A stretch of DNA of 64,000 bases, from contig JBDONT010000029.1 in the NCBI GenBank assembly GCA_039831155.1, positions 27,071 through 91,070 of the forward strand. Direction: 5' to 3'. This DNA comes from Nautiliaceae bacterium (GTDB lineage Bacteria > Campylobacterota > Campylobacteria > Campylobacterales > Nautiliaceae). The notes below the pieces were generated by a model. It was not told the origin of the DNA. It worked only from the letters and a program-made list of their open reading frames with translations, and made no database searches. Below are positions 1 to 9,283 of the stretch, in pieces. The position numbers and the translations under genes are program-made. How positions within the stretch are numbered: the stretch's first letter is position 1; each line of letters starts with the position of its first letter.

Positions 1-131
1 AAAGCCACTCTAATTTCATTATTAATCTCTAAAAGCCAAATGTCATTATTCAAATTACCTTCAATCAGCTCAAATTCTTTACATCGTACGATAGTGTTTT
101 TACCTATTTTTTTTGCTATCTTTTCAACCAA
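1..131 (-). CDS. Partial ORF downstream of argF, runs off window; possibly DUF2603 family
   Basis: Open frame from TTG at 131 ([27 protein letters not shown]...) overlapping the argF stop; family guess from synteny only. Confidence 0.4.
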   Translation of the reverse strand, partial: MVEKIAKKIGKNTIVRCKEFELIEGNLNNDIWLLEINNEIRVA

Positions 132-1045
132 ACCATCAATCCTTTCTGTGCGTGAAGTCTGTTTTCAGCTTCTGTAAATACCTCTTCACTGTGGGATTCA
201 AAAACATCTTCGCTAACTTCATATCCTCTGTAAGCCGGAAGACAGTGAAGAAAAATCGCTTCTTTTTTTGCAAGTTTCATTAATTCGTCATTTACTTCAA
301 AACCTTTAAAATCTTTTATTCTCTTTTCTTTTTCATCCTCTTGTCCCATACTAACCCACGTATCGGTAGTTACTACATCCGCTTCTTTTACTGCCTCTTT
401 CGGGTCGTTTAAAAAGTTTATTTTAGCACCGCTTATTTTGGCAAACTCCAAAGCTTTGTTTTTTATATTTTCATCAATTTCATACCCTTTAGGAGTTGCT
501 ATATTTAGTTTAAACCCAAGTTTACTAGCAAGAATAGCCCACGAATTAGCCATATTATTACCATCTCCCACATATGCGACAAGAGTTTTTTGAGGATTAT
601 TAAAATCAAATTTACCAAATTCAATCATCGTCATCAAATCCGCTAAAAGCTGGACCGGATGGCATAAATCCGTAAGTCCGTTAATTACCGGTACTTTTGA
701 ATATTTGGCAAACTCTTCAAGCCTCTCTTGCCCGAAAGTCCTAATCATTACCAAATCAACCATTCTGGTTATTACTCTTGCAGTGTCTTTTAAAGGTTCT
801 CCTCTTCCGAGCTGAATATCTCTGCTACTTAAAAAAAGTGCATCCCCACCTAATTGATTCATACCGACCTCAAAAGAAACCCTTGTACGAGTAGAGCTTT
901 TTTCAAAAATCATAGCAAGCTGCATATTTTTCAAATAGGGTTTAAAAATTCCGGCTTTTGTCTCTTTTTTTATCTGAAAACCTAAATCGATTATTTCTTT
1001 TATTTCCTCTTTTGTATAATCACATAACCATAAAAAATGTCTCAA
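116..1045 (-). CDS. argF: Ornithine carbamoyltransferase
   Basis: [24 protein letters not shown] and FLHCLP motifs. Confidence 0.97.
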   Translation of the reverse strand: MRHFLWLCDYTKEEIKEIIDLGFQIKKETKAGIFKPYLKNMQLAMIFEKSSTRTRVSFEVGMNQLGGDALFLSSRDIQLGRGEPLKDTARVITRMVDLVMIRTFGQERLEEFAKYSKVPVINGLTDLCHPVQLLADLMTMIEFGKFDFNNPQKTLVAYVGDGNNMANSWAILASKLGFKLNIATPKGYEIDENIKNKALEFAKISGAKINFLNDPKEAVKEADVVTTDTWVSMGQEDEKEKRIKDFKGFEVNDELMKLAKKEAIFLHCLPAYRGYEVSEDVFESHSEEVFTEAENRLHAQKGLMVWLKR

Positions 1046-1121
1046 TTTTAATCCTTATTCTTTTTTTAATGCACTTTGGGTTTTTATTTAAGATATAATT
1101 TTATCAAAAAAAGGAGATTTT

Positions 1122-1679
1122 TTGAAAATTTCAGAAGTCGCAAATTTACCCACACAATACGGAAATTTTAAAATACAGTCCTTTAAAGAAGGAAATAAAG
1201 AGCATTTAGCTATTTTCACCTCAATAATGCCGAAAGTTCCTTTTGTAAGAATTCACAGTGAATGTTTAACGGGAGACGCTTTAAAAAGTTTAAAATGCGA
1301 TTGTGGGGAGCAGTTGGAGTTTGCCTTAAAAACAATAGCAAAAGAGGGAGGAATACTTTTATATTTAAGACAGGAAGGAAGAGGCATAGGACTTTTTAAC
1401 AAAGTAAACGCATACGCACTTCAAGATAAAGGCTTGGATACGGTAGAAGCAAATCATCAGTTAGGTTTTGAAGCAGATATGAGAGATTTTTCAATAGTGG
1501 AAAAAATTTTAAAACATTTCGGAATAAATAAAATAAATCTCCTTACAAACAATCCAAAAAAAGAATTCGCTTTTAAAGAAATAGAAGTTGTAAAAAGAAT
1601 ACCTATTATAATAAAACCAAATCCGTATAATGAAAACTATCTGAAAACAAAAAAGGAAAAATTAGGTCATAAATTATAA
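1122..1679 (+). CDS. ribA: GTP cyclohydrolase II
   Basis: VRIHSECLTGD, CDCGEQL, RQEGRGIGL, LLTNNP. Confidence 0.97.
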   Translation: MKISEVANLPTQYGNFKIQSFKEGNKEHLAIFTSIMPKVPFVRIHSECLTGDALKSLKCDCGEQLEFALKTIAKEGGILLYLRQEGRGIGLFNKVNAYALQDKGLDTVEANHQLGFEADMRDFSIVEKILKHFGINKINLLTNNPKKEFAFKEIEVVKRIPIIIKPNPYNENYLKTKKEKLGHKL

Positions 1680-1705
1680 ACCGGACCTTTAAATAAAGGA
1701 AAAAG

Positions 1706-2239
1706 ATGGATAAATTTGAAATTTTTACAAATGAACTTTTAAAATGGAATAAAGTCCACAAACTTACAAATTACAAAACAAAAGAAGAGATAAAAGCCCA
1801 AATAGAAGACTCTTTATATCCATTAGAAAAAATCAAACATTTAAGTACAGCCCTTGATATAGGTACGGGTGCCGGATTTCCGGGACTTATTTTGGCAATT
1901 GCTATGCCTAATACCAAATGGTACCTAGTAGAACCTCTTAAAAAAAGATATTCGTTTTTAAATTATATGAAAATAAAGCTGGGATTAAAAAACACTTCCG
2001 TAATACCTTCAAGATTGGAAAACACCGACATTAAACCGGTAGAACTTATAACGACAAGAGCCGTAATGCCTACAAGGGAAATTTTACAAATTGCCCTTCC
2101 TTACCTGAAAAAAAATGGTACAATACTTTTATACAAAGGTTCCGGTATTTCAGAGGAATTACAAAAAATTCCGTATAAAGCCGAAATTATTCAAAAAGGA
2201 ACCAGAAATTACGTATTTTTAAAGGATTTAAATGGGTAA
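1706..2239 (+). CDS. rsmG: 16S rRNA m7G527 methyltransferase
   Basis: LLKWNKVHKLT, LDIGTGAGFPG, TRAV. Confidence 0.95.
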   Translation: MDKFEIFTNELLKWNKVHKLTNYKTKEEIKAQIEDSLYPLEKIKHLSTALDIGTGAGFPGLILAIAMPNTKWYLVEPLKKRYSFLNYMKIKLGLKNTSVIPSRLENTDIKPVELITTRAVMPTREILQIALPYLKKNGTILLYKGSGISEELQKIPYKAEIIQKGTRNYVFLKDLNG

Positions 2240-2426
2240 AATTATTTTATTATTATTAATTATAGGTGGAATTTACTTTTTCTTTATAAAAAAGACTCTT
2301 CAAAAAACAGAAGAAGAGGAAAACGAATTTCAACAATGCGACAAATGTAAAACATTTGTTTTAAAAAAAGAATTAAAAGAAAAAAACGGTCAACTTTTAT
2401 GCAAGGACTGTTATGCTAATTCTTGA
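2232..2426 (+). CDS. PP0621-family small membrane-anchored zinc-ribbon protein
   Basis: N-terminal TM helix, CDKC...CKDC. Confidence 0.7.
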   Translation: MGKIILLLLIIGGIYFFFIKKTLQKTEEEENEFQQCDKCKTFVLKKELKEKNGQLLCKDCYANS

Positions 2427-2790
2427 AAAGCCGTTTTGTGAAGAAGAGTTTTTATACGTAAAAACGCTAGAAGATATAAAAAACTCAAAACCGAATACCA
2501 CTCTTATTTTTCATTACTGCGATTCCTCTCTTGAACTGTTTAATTTTTGTAAGCTAAACAATATCGAATACGGAGTTATCGTAAATTCTGTAAAAGAGCT
2601 GATATTTTGTGCCAATTTAAATGCCAAATATCTTTTTTGCGAAAATTTAAAAAAAGCAAAAGAATTTCAAAAAATTGCCGATAATTATTTACTAGATTCG
2701 AAAATAGTATTTTTAGCGGATTCTCTAAATGAGATAGAAGAGATATCAAAATACACAATTGATGCAATAAAATTAAAGGGGAACAAATGA
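2413..2790 (+). CDS. Hypothetical protein
   Basis: Overlaps neighbours in operon, AGGA SD upstream. Confidence 0.75.
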   Translation: MLILEKPFCEEEFLYVKTLEDIKNSKPNTTLIFHYCDSSLELFNFCKLNNIEYGVIVNSVKELIFCANLNAKYLFCENLKKAKEFQKIADNYLLDSKIVFLADSLNEIEEISKYTIDAIKLKGNK

Positions 2791-3320
2791 GAAAACCTAA
2801 AGTAACGCCTACAAATAAAGAAGTTGTTTTAAAAGAAGAAGATTTTATCATCTCAAAAACCGATTTAAAAAGTAAAATTATTTACGGAAACCAGATTTTT
2901 ATCCAAATGAGCGGATACTCCGAAAAAGAACTCTTAGGCAAACCTCATAACATCTTAAGACATCCGGATATGCCAAGATGTGCTTTTAAAGTATTATACG
3001 ACCACATAGAAAACGGAAAAGAGTGGTTCGGATATGTTAAAAACCTAAGAAAAGACGGAGGGTATTATTGGGTGTTTGCAAACATCTCTCCTACATACGA
3101 CACAAACGGAAACTTAATAGGTTATTATTCAGTAAGAAGAAAACCAAGAGACGGCTTTAAATCAATAATAGAACCTCTTTATCAATCTTTAATAAGCATA
3201 GAAGCATCCGGTGGAATGGAAGCTTCTTTAAATGAAGTTGAAAACCTTTTAAAAAAGTATAATATGACTTTTAATGAAGTAATGCTAAAAATACAAAAAG
3301 GAATTATCAATGAACTATAA
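2787..3320 (+). CDS. Stand-alone PAS sensor, Aer/CetB type
   Basis: [35 protein letters not shown]. Confidence 0.92.
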   Translation: MRKPKVTPTNKEVVLKEEDFIISKTDLKSKIIYGNQIFIQMSGYSEKELLGKPHNILRHPDMPRCAFKVLYDHIENGKEWFGYVKNLRKDGGYYWVFANISPTYDTNGNLIGYYSVRRKPRDGFKSIIEPLYQSLISIEASGGMEASLNEVENLLKKYNMTFNEVMLKIQKGIINEL

Positions 3321-4743
3321 CAAAATAGCACAAATAAGCTCAAGTGTTTTATTTTTGGTTATAACAGGATACGGTGTTTACACTCAAAGCTACTTAATAG
3401 CCGCAATAGCTTTTATCGGGTTTATAATAACTTTAATTCCGATTTTCACTCAAAAATCAAACCAAGATTTATTAGACCCTCTTGCAAAAGAGATTGAAGA
3501 GGTGTTAATTACGGCATCAAACGGAAACTTTGAAAAAAGAATTACCAATATAGACTTGCAAAATCCTTTCGCAAAATCGGCATGGGCGTTAAACGACCTT
3601 TTAGACCAGCTAGAAGCGTTTGAAAGAGACATTAAAGAATCTATAGAAGCAGCTAAAAACGGAATCGATTATCGCGATATCGCCCCTCAAGGATACAAAG
3701 GAATCTTTAGAAGAACGGTTATTATGCTAAATGAAGCTATTGACGCAATTTCAACCTCCCTAAAAGAACAAGCAAGAAGCGAACTTGCAATGATCCTTAA
3801 CAACTTAGGTGGAGGTATGAAAAAACAAATTAACGACATAAAAATCTCTCTTGATACGAAACTAAAAGAATTTATGATAAAAATAGACAATTTATCAGGC
3901 GAAATATATGAAGGTGCGGATGCAAGTGCGGTTAAAGTAGAAAACCTCACAATGGTATTAAACGAGTTAATAGACTTCATATCTCATACAAACGAAGCTA
4001 TTAATATGCTATCTCAAAGAACTGATGAAATCGGAAAAATCGTAGAATTAATCACCGATATCGCAGACCAGACAAATCTACTTGCCCTAAACGCGGCAAT
4101 TGAAGCTGCTCGTGCCGGAGAACACGGACGCGGTTTTGCAGTAGTTGCGGATGAAGTTAGAAAACTGGCGGAACGCACTCAAAAAGCTACAAGTGAAATT
4201 TCAATCACAATTAAAACATTGCAACAAGAAACAAGCGATATCCAGGCAAATTCCGATAAAATAACCGAAATGGCGGTAACCTCAAGAGAAGACATAGAAT
4301 CAGTACAAGAGATAATAGTAGGCTTTAGAGACAAATCTTTAGAAAATAGAAAAAATGTTGATTTTGCATTAACAAGAATGCTTATGGACTTAGCAAAAAT
4401 CTCTCACTTACTATACAAACTTAACGCTCACGAAGCTATTATAGAAGAAAAAGAGATAAAAATAGCAAATGAAAATGAATGTGACTTCGGCAGATGGCTA
4501 CAAAACCAAGAAACAATCCAAAAAATAGGATGTTTCAGTGAATATAAAACAATAAAAGATAATCTTCATAAGAAAGTCCATCAAGAAGTAACCAATGCTC
4601 TTGAATGCGTAAAAGATAAAAGCTGTATAAAAAACAAAGACAAAACTATAGAAAAATTCGAAGAAATTGAACAAATTTCACAACAATTATCTTCGACATT
4701 AGATAATTTATTTGAAAAATATATAAAAGAGTCTTGTAAATGA
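3310..4743 (+). CDS. Methyl-accepting chemotaxis protein, CetA-like, with C-terminal CZB domain
   Basis: Two adjacent N-terminal TMs; [43 protein letters not shown]...CDFGRW...HKKVH. Confidence 0.93.
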   Translation: MNYNKIAQISSSVLFLVITGYGVYTQSYLIAAIAFIGFIITLIPIFTQKSNQDLLDPLAKEIEEVLITASNGNFEKRITNIDLQNPFAKSAWALNDLLDQLEAFERDIKESIEAAKNGIDYRDIAPQGYKGIFRRTVIMLNEAIDAISTSLKEQARSELAMILNNLGGGMKKQINDIKISLDTKLKEFMIKIDNLSGEIYEGADASAVKVENLTMVLNELIDFISHTNEAINMLSQRTDEIGKIVELITDIADQTNLLALNAAIEAARAGEHGRGFAVVADEVRKLAERTQKATSEISITIKTLQQETSDIQANSDKITEMAVTSREDIESVQEIIVGFRDKSLENRKNVDFALTRMLMDLAKISHLLYKLNAHEAIIEEKEIKIANENECDFGRWLQNQETIQKIGCFSEYKTIKDNLHKKVHQEVTNALECVKDKSCIKNKDKTIEKFEEIEQISQQLSSTLDNLFEKYIKESCK

Positions 4744-5810
4744 CGAAACATTTTAATTATTTTTTAATTTTTCTTCTTCCTTTTATGGCGATAAGTCTAT
4801 TTCTAGTAAACGAAATTTCTCATAAGCTTTTTATTAAAGAATTAATATACATCTTTATAGGTATAATCGCTTTTTTTGTAACATATCTTTTACCTATAAG
4901 AAAACTTTTATGGATTATACCTTTCATCTATCTTTTTAACCTCATTCTTTTAGGATTAGTGGATATTGTAGGTGTAAAAATATTAGGAGCTCAAAGATGG
5001 CTTAAAATCCCTATTTTAAATATAACCATCCAACCGTCAGAATTTATGAAAACCACCCTGCTTTTAATGCTAGGTTACTCTATTTATAAATACCCTCCAA
5101 GACCTGTTTATAATTTTAAAGAATTCATAAAACTCTCCTTAATTATTGTAGTTCCTTTTTTACTAATAGCAAAAGAACCGGACTTAGGAACTGCACTTAT
5201 TACTCTTATAATAGGATTTGGAGTACTATTTATAGTAGGAGTGGACAAAAAAATCTGGATATCATTAGGTATTTTTGCAATCCTCTTTACACCGGTTGCT
5301 TACAAATTTTTATTAAAAGATTATCAAAAAAAAAGAATAGAAAATTTTCTAAATAAACCTAGCTATCACGTAAAACAATCAATAATAGCCATAGGAAGTG
5401 GCGGTTTATACGGAAAAAGCAAAGATGAAGCTACCCAAACCCAGCTAAAATTTCTTCCGATTGCCAGCAGTGATTTTATCTTTGCTTATTTAGTAGAAAG
5501 ATTTGGATTTATAGGAGCTAGCAGTTTAATAACTCTTTATTTTATTCTTATCTATTATCTTTTCTCCATTGCAAAAAAACTAAAAGAAGACTATTTTGCC
5601 AAAGTAATGTTTAGTGGAGTGGCTCTTATGATTTTTATCTACTCTTACATCAACATCTCAATGACTATGAATTTGGCTCCGGTTGTAGGTGTGCCTCTTC
5701 CCCTTGTAAGTCACGGAGGAACAAGTTTTATTAACTTTATGATACTTTTTGGGATACTAGAAAATTTAATTAGCAAAAAAGAGTTTATAAACACATACGG
5801 AGTAAAATAA
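4740..5810 (+). CDS. rodA: SEDS-family peptidoglycan glycosyltransferase, RodA-like
   Basis: [32 protein letters not shown]. Confidence 0.88.
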   Translation: MTKHFNYFLIFLLPFMAISLFLVNEISHKLFIKELIYIFIGIIAFFVTYLLPIRKLLWIIPFIYLFNLILLGLVDIVGVKILGAQRWLKIPILNITIQPSEFMKTTLLLMLGYSIYKYPPRPVYNFKEFIKLSLIIVVPFLLIAKEPDLGTALITLIIGFGVLFIVGVDKKIWISLGIFAILFTPVAYKFLLKDYQKKRIENFLNKPSYHVKQSIIAIGSGGLYGKSKDEATQTQLKFLPIASSDFIFAYLVERFGFIGASSLITLYFILIYYLFSIAKKLKEDYFAKVMFSGVALMIFIYSYINISMTMNLAPVVGVPLPLVSHGGTSFINFMILFGILENLISKKEFINTYGVK

Positions 5811-5902
5811 TATAGTAATTCAATATAAAGTTTGAGCCGATTTAAACTAGCAAAAAAATTAAATGAATTTATATAAGAAGTAACCAGAAAGTTTTGAATA
5901 AG

Positions 5903-5978
5903 TGGTGCCCAGGGACGGAATCGAACCGCCGACACAGGGATTTTCAGTCCCTTGCTCTACCGACTGAGCTACCTGGGC
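5903..5978 (-). tRNA. tRNA-Phe (GAA)
   Basis: GCCCAGGTAGCTCAG...CTGAAAA...GGTTCGATTCC...GGGCACCA, 76 nt, encoded CCA. Confidence 0.97.
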
Positions 5979-5983
5979 AAAAG

Positions 5984-6060
5984 TGGTGGACTCGGCAGGA
6001 CTCGAACCTGCGACCAACCGGTTATGAGCCGGTTGCTCTAACCAACTGAGCTACGAGTCC
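5984..6060 (-). tRNA. tRNA with CAT anticodon, probably tRNA-Ile2 (lysidine) rather than Met
   Basis: GGACTCGTAGCTCAGTTGG...CCGGCTCATAACCGG...GTCCACCA; paired G1-C72, so not initiator; resembles Ile2 tRNAs. Confidence 0.9.
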
Positions 6061-6117
6061 ACTTCTATGTGGATTGAAATTATATCTACTATAAGAAAAA
6101 AAATCAAGAGAAAAAAG

Positions 6118-8238
6118 TTAAAATTTCAAAAATTTATTAATTTCCTCTTTTAAATTATCTTTTAATCTCTTTTTCAATTCATTTTCGGATAACTTCTTAA
6201 GCTCTTTTTTCAAAGAATTCATATCTAAATTTAAAAAGTCGGTATTCTCAAATTTCAAAGAACCTATTTGAGACGTTAACAGTTTTTTAGCTTTTTTCTT
6301 CTCTTTTTCTATCTCTTCATTTACACCTCTTTTAACTACAGAAGATAACACCCTATCAAGATTTGAATGAATTCTTAATTTTAAATTTTCCATTTTACCC
6401 AACACTTCTATGTCAAATTCCAGTTTTTTAACATTTTTCAAAAGATTAGTAACTTTTTTTGAATTTAAAAACTCTATAATTGAATTGTCACTAAAAGCTT
6501 TAATATTCAGTTTTAAAAATTTATCTTTTAAAATACCTTGAAATCTCACATCAAAATCAGCACTTAAAATTTTTAAAGGACCTATAAAATAATCTTTAAC
6601 TTTTAATCTATCTACTTTTCCAAAAAGTTTAAACTCATTTAAATATTCAATTTTTATGAATGCAAAATCAAAATATCCGCTTTTTGAATCAACTTTTAAA
6701 ATCGCACTTTTACTTAAAAGTTTTTGATTAGAGGATATATTATAACCGTTCACGACAAAACTTGCGTTTTTTAATATTACATTAGAGTAGAAATGTTCCA
6801 ATACACAATCCGGATAAACGTTTTTATCCTTAAACTTAATATAAACTCCCTTAAATCTGCTTTTTTCTTCCTTAGAAGATGATTTTAAATAAGGTTTTAC
6901 TCTCTCATACCAATATAAAGCTTTATTAATATATTCGCTTATTTGAGGTTTCAAAAAACTCTCCACAAAAGATAAATACTCTTTATTTTTCAGCATATCA
7001 TATCTTTTTTCTATATTCAAATAATCCTCATTAACAGCTTCTTTAAAGGCTTTTAAATCTTTCTTTACTTTTTCTTTTGCTTTTAAAACTTCTTTTTTAT
7101 CGCTTTTAATTAAAGAATCTATTTTAGAAATTTCATTATCAAGATTTTTTACTTTTTGAATTATGTCACTAATGTTATTGGCATTAGGTTTTGTGTTTTT
7201 TAAAGAGTCTATTTGAAGCTTTATAGAATTTAACTTTTCTTTAGCGATTTTTGCGTCTTGCTTTGATTTATTAACTATTTTTAAGAAACTTTCATAATCT
7301 TTTTTCAAAACTTCCAACTCTTTTTTACTTTTTAATTCATAATTAGCCAATACCTTAGAAACATCCGGAATTTTTATATTTAATTTAAAATCAGCAGTTT
7401 TTGAAGGTTTTGAAGAGACGTTTTTAACCTTTACAATCTCTTCTATATTTTTATTTGAATAAACTTTAGAAATAACAAGTTTTTCAATATCACATTTCTT
7501 CCACATCAACTCTTTAAAAGAAAACTTTATTAAAATAGTATCAATCTTAACATCTCCTACATAAACCCCTTTTAAATCAACTTTTAAATTTCCAAAAGAA
7601 ACATCAACTTTTTTTACTTTGACCGGTTTACGGGTAATTTTAGATACTGAAACTTCAAAAGCCTTTTTTATAATAAAAGGAGTGGTAACATAAATAAATC
7701 CACTAATTAAACCTACAACCCCTACAAAAGCAATCAAACCACTTAATCTAAAAACACCTTTTTTCTCCTCCTTAGGTACAAGCCACTTTAAAAGTTTGTA
7801 TTTACTAAAAAAAGGAAACAGCTTTTTTCTATAAACTTCTATCGAACGGTTTAATAAAATATAAACCCCAACACCTAAAACGACTCCCCAAACAAACGAA
7901 CCCAAAACAACCGTATTATTAAAATCACTCCACCTAAAATAAGGAATATTATAAAGCCACTCCCATAAAGGCTCCAAAAATTTAAAATGCAAAAGTTCCC
8001 ACCCCGTGTAAGCAAAAACAGGATCCAAAACAAAAGCTATAATCTCAAAAAAACTCCAAGAAGCAAAATAAAGTCCCAAAGGTATTCTAAATACAAACAC
8101 AAAAAACAAAATCAAAAAAGTTATTAAATTAATCCCCGGCAAAAACCCACTTACAAGCCCAAGCACAATCGCCAAAGAGATAAATTTCTGTGAATCCGCA
8201 CTGTTTAGTTCTCTTAAAAACTTAATCAAAAATTCCAT
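6118..8238 (-). CDS. Fused TIGR03546/TIGR03545-family membrane protein
   Basis: N-terminal TM block with FNNTVVLGS, then a TM anchor and long coiled-coil/beta-rich region. Confidence 0.7.
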   Translation of the reverse strand: MEFLIKFLRELNSADSQKFISLAIVLGLVSGFLPGINLITFLILFFVFVFRIPLGLYFASWSFFEIIAFVLDPVFAYTGWELLHFKFLEPLWEWLYNIPYFRWSDFNNTVVLGSFVWGVVLGVGVYILLNRSIEVYRKKLFPFFSKYKLLKWLVPKEEKKGVFRLSGLIAFVGVVGLISGFIYVTTPFIIKKAFEVSVSKITRKPVKVKKVDVSFGNLKVDLKGVYVGDVKIDTILIKFSFKELMWKKCDIEKLVISKVYSNKNIEEIVKVKNVSSKPSKTADFKLNIKIPDVSKVLANYELKSKKELEVLKKDYESFLKIVNKSKQDAKIAKEKLNSIKLQIDSLKNTKPNANNISDIIQKVKNLDNEISKIDSLIKSDKKEVLKAKEKVKKDLKAFKEAVNEDYLNIEKRYDMLKNKEYLSFVESFLKPQISEYINKALYWYERVKPYLKSSSKEEKSRFKGVYIKFKDKNVYPDCVLEHFYSNVILKNASFVVNGYNISSNQKLLSKSAILKVDSKSGYFDFAFIKIEYLNEFKLFGKVDRLKVKDYFIGPLKILSADFDVRFQGILKDKFLKLNIKAFSDNSIIEFLNSKKVTNLLKNVKKLEFDIEVLGKMENLKLRIHSNLDRVLSSVVKRGVNEEIEKEKKKAKKLLTSQIGSLKFENTDFLNLDMNSLKKELKKLSENELKKRLKDNLKEEINKFLKF

Positions 8239-8240
8239 CT

Positions 8241-8531
8241 TTATCCTTTTATTTTTTCTATAAATTTTGCAATCTCTTCAAAATCTTTATCAATTCTATA
8301 ATACGGCTTATATTTTTCAAAATTCCTCCAGGGAATATAAGCACTGTTTCTGCCTCTTTTTTCAAGTTCCATTGCAACTGCGGCATTTATAAGACCTTTA
8401 TAAGCAAATTGAATTTTATCGTCTCCTTTTCTTAAACCTTGCCAAACTTCTTCTAATACTTCGTGGGCTTCATAAAATTCACCTTTTAAAATAAGTTTTT
8501 TAAACTCCTCTAACTCTTTTCTCAAAACCAC
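8241..8531 (-). CDS. DUF309 domain protein
   Basis: FYEAHEVLEEVW...YKGLINAAVA. Confidence 0.85.
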   Translation of the reverse strand: MVLRKELEEFKKLILKGEFYEAHEVLEEVWQGLRKGDDKIQFAYKGLINAAVAMELEKRGRNSAYIPWRNFEKYKPYYRIDKDFEEIAKFIEKIKG

Positions 8532-8563
8532 TCCTTATATTATAATTTCAAAAAAGGCTTTAA

Positions 8564-9283
8564 ATGTTAAACATCGTAACGGCTTTAAGTATAGAGGCAA
8601 AACCTATAATAAAACATTTCAATCTAAAAGCCAAAAACGAAATATATCAAAATAATTATTTAAATTTAACAATAACCGGCAGTGGTAAACTAAAATCGGC
8701 AATAAACACCACTATTTTACTTACGAAATATCAATTCCCGACTCTTAATATAGGAATTGCAGGAAGTAACGAACATCAGATAAACCAAGGTTTTTTTATT
8801 CACAAAATCATAGACACCGACTCCAACCTAAAATACTATCCCGATTTTTTCCAAGACAACAGCGAAACTTTACATACCGTATCCCAAATAAAAACATACT
8901 ACCCTCTTGTAGATATGGAAGGAAGTGGCTTTTTTGAAGCTTGTTACAAATTTTTAAGTGTAGAGGAAATTATTCTTTATAAAATAGTAAGCGATACTCC
9001 ATTAAGAGAGCCTAAAAAAGATTTAATCCCTTCTCTTATCAAAAACCATATCCACGTTATAGAAAACCTCCTAGACTCACTTCCTAAAAAAGAAGAGTTT
9101 TTCAAAGAGATAAACGAAGCCTTAAAAGAAGCCTCTTTAAAAATGCATTTAACCAAAACCCAATACAATCAACTAAAAAACATCTTAACTTATTACAAGC
9201 TAATAAACAAACCTTTTCCAAAATTTTATAAAATAAGAAAAAAAGAAGATGTTAAGAAGTTTATTACCAGTTTAACTTCTTAA
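8564..9283 (+). CDS. Nucleoside phosphorylase/MTA-SAH nucleosidase-fold protein
   Basis: IVTALSIEA, TGSGK, NIGIAG, VDMEG, KIVSD. Confidence 0.8.
   Translation: MLNIVTALSIEAKPIIKHFNLKAKNEIYQNNYLNLTITGSGKLKSAINTTILLTKYQFPTLNIGIAGSNEHQINQGFFIHKIIDTDSNLKYYPDFFQDNSETLHTVSQIKTYYPLVDMEGSGFFEACYKFLSVEEIILYKIVSDTPLREPKKDLIPSLIKNHIHVIENLLDSLPKKEEFFKEINEALKEASLKMHLTKTQYNQLKNILTYYKLINKPFPKFYKIRKKEDVKKFITSLTS

Noticed and set aside
5711-5935. 74-aa ORF overlapping tRNA-Phe and rodA
   Set aside because: Starts inside the tRNA and is antisense to rodA
5811-6117. tRNA pair as an integration site for an island
   Set aside because: No integrase and no duplicated tRNA 3' end seen in the window
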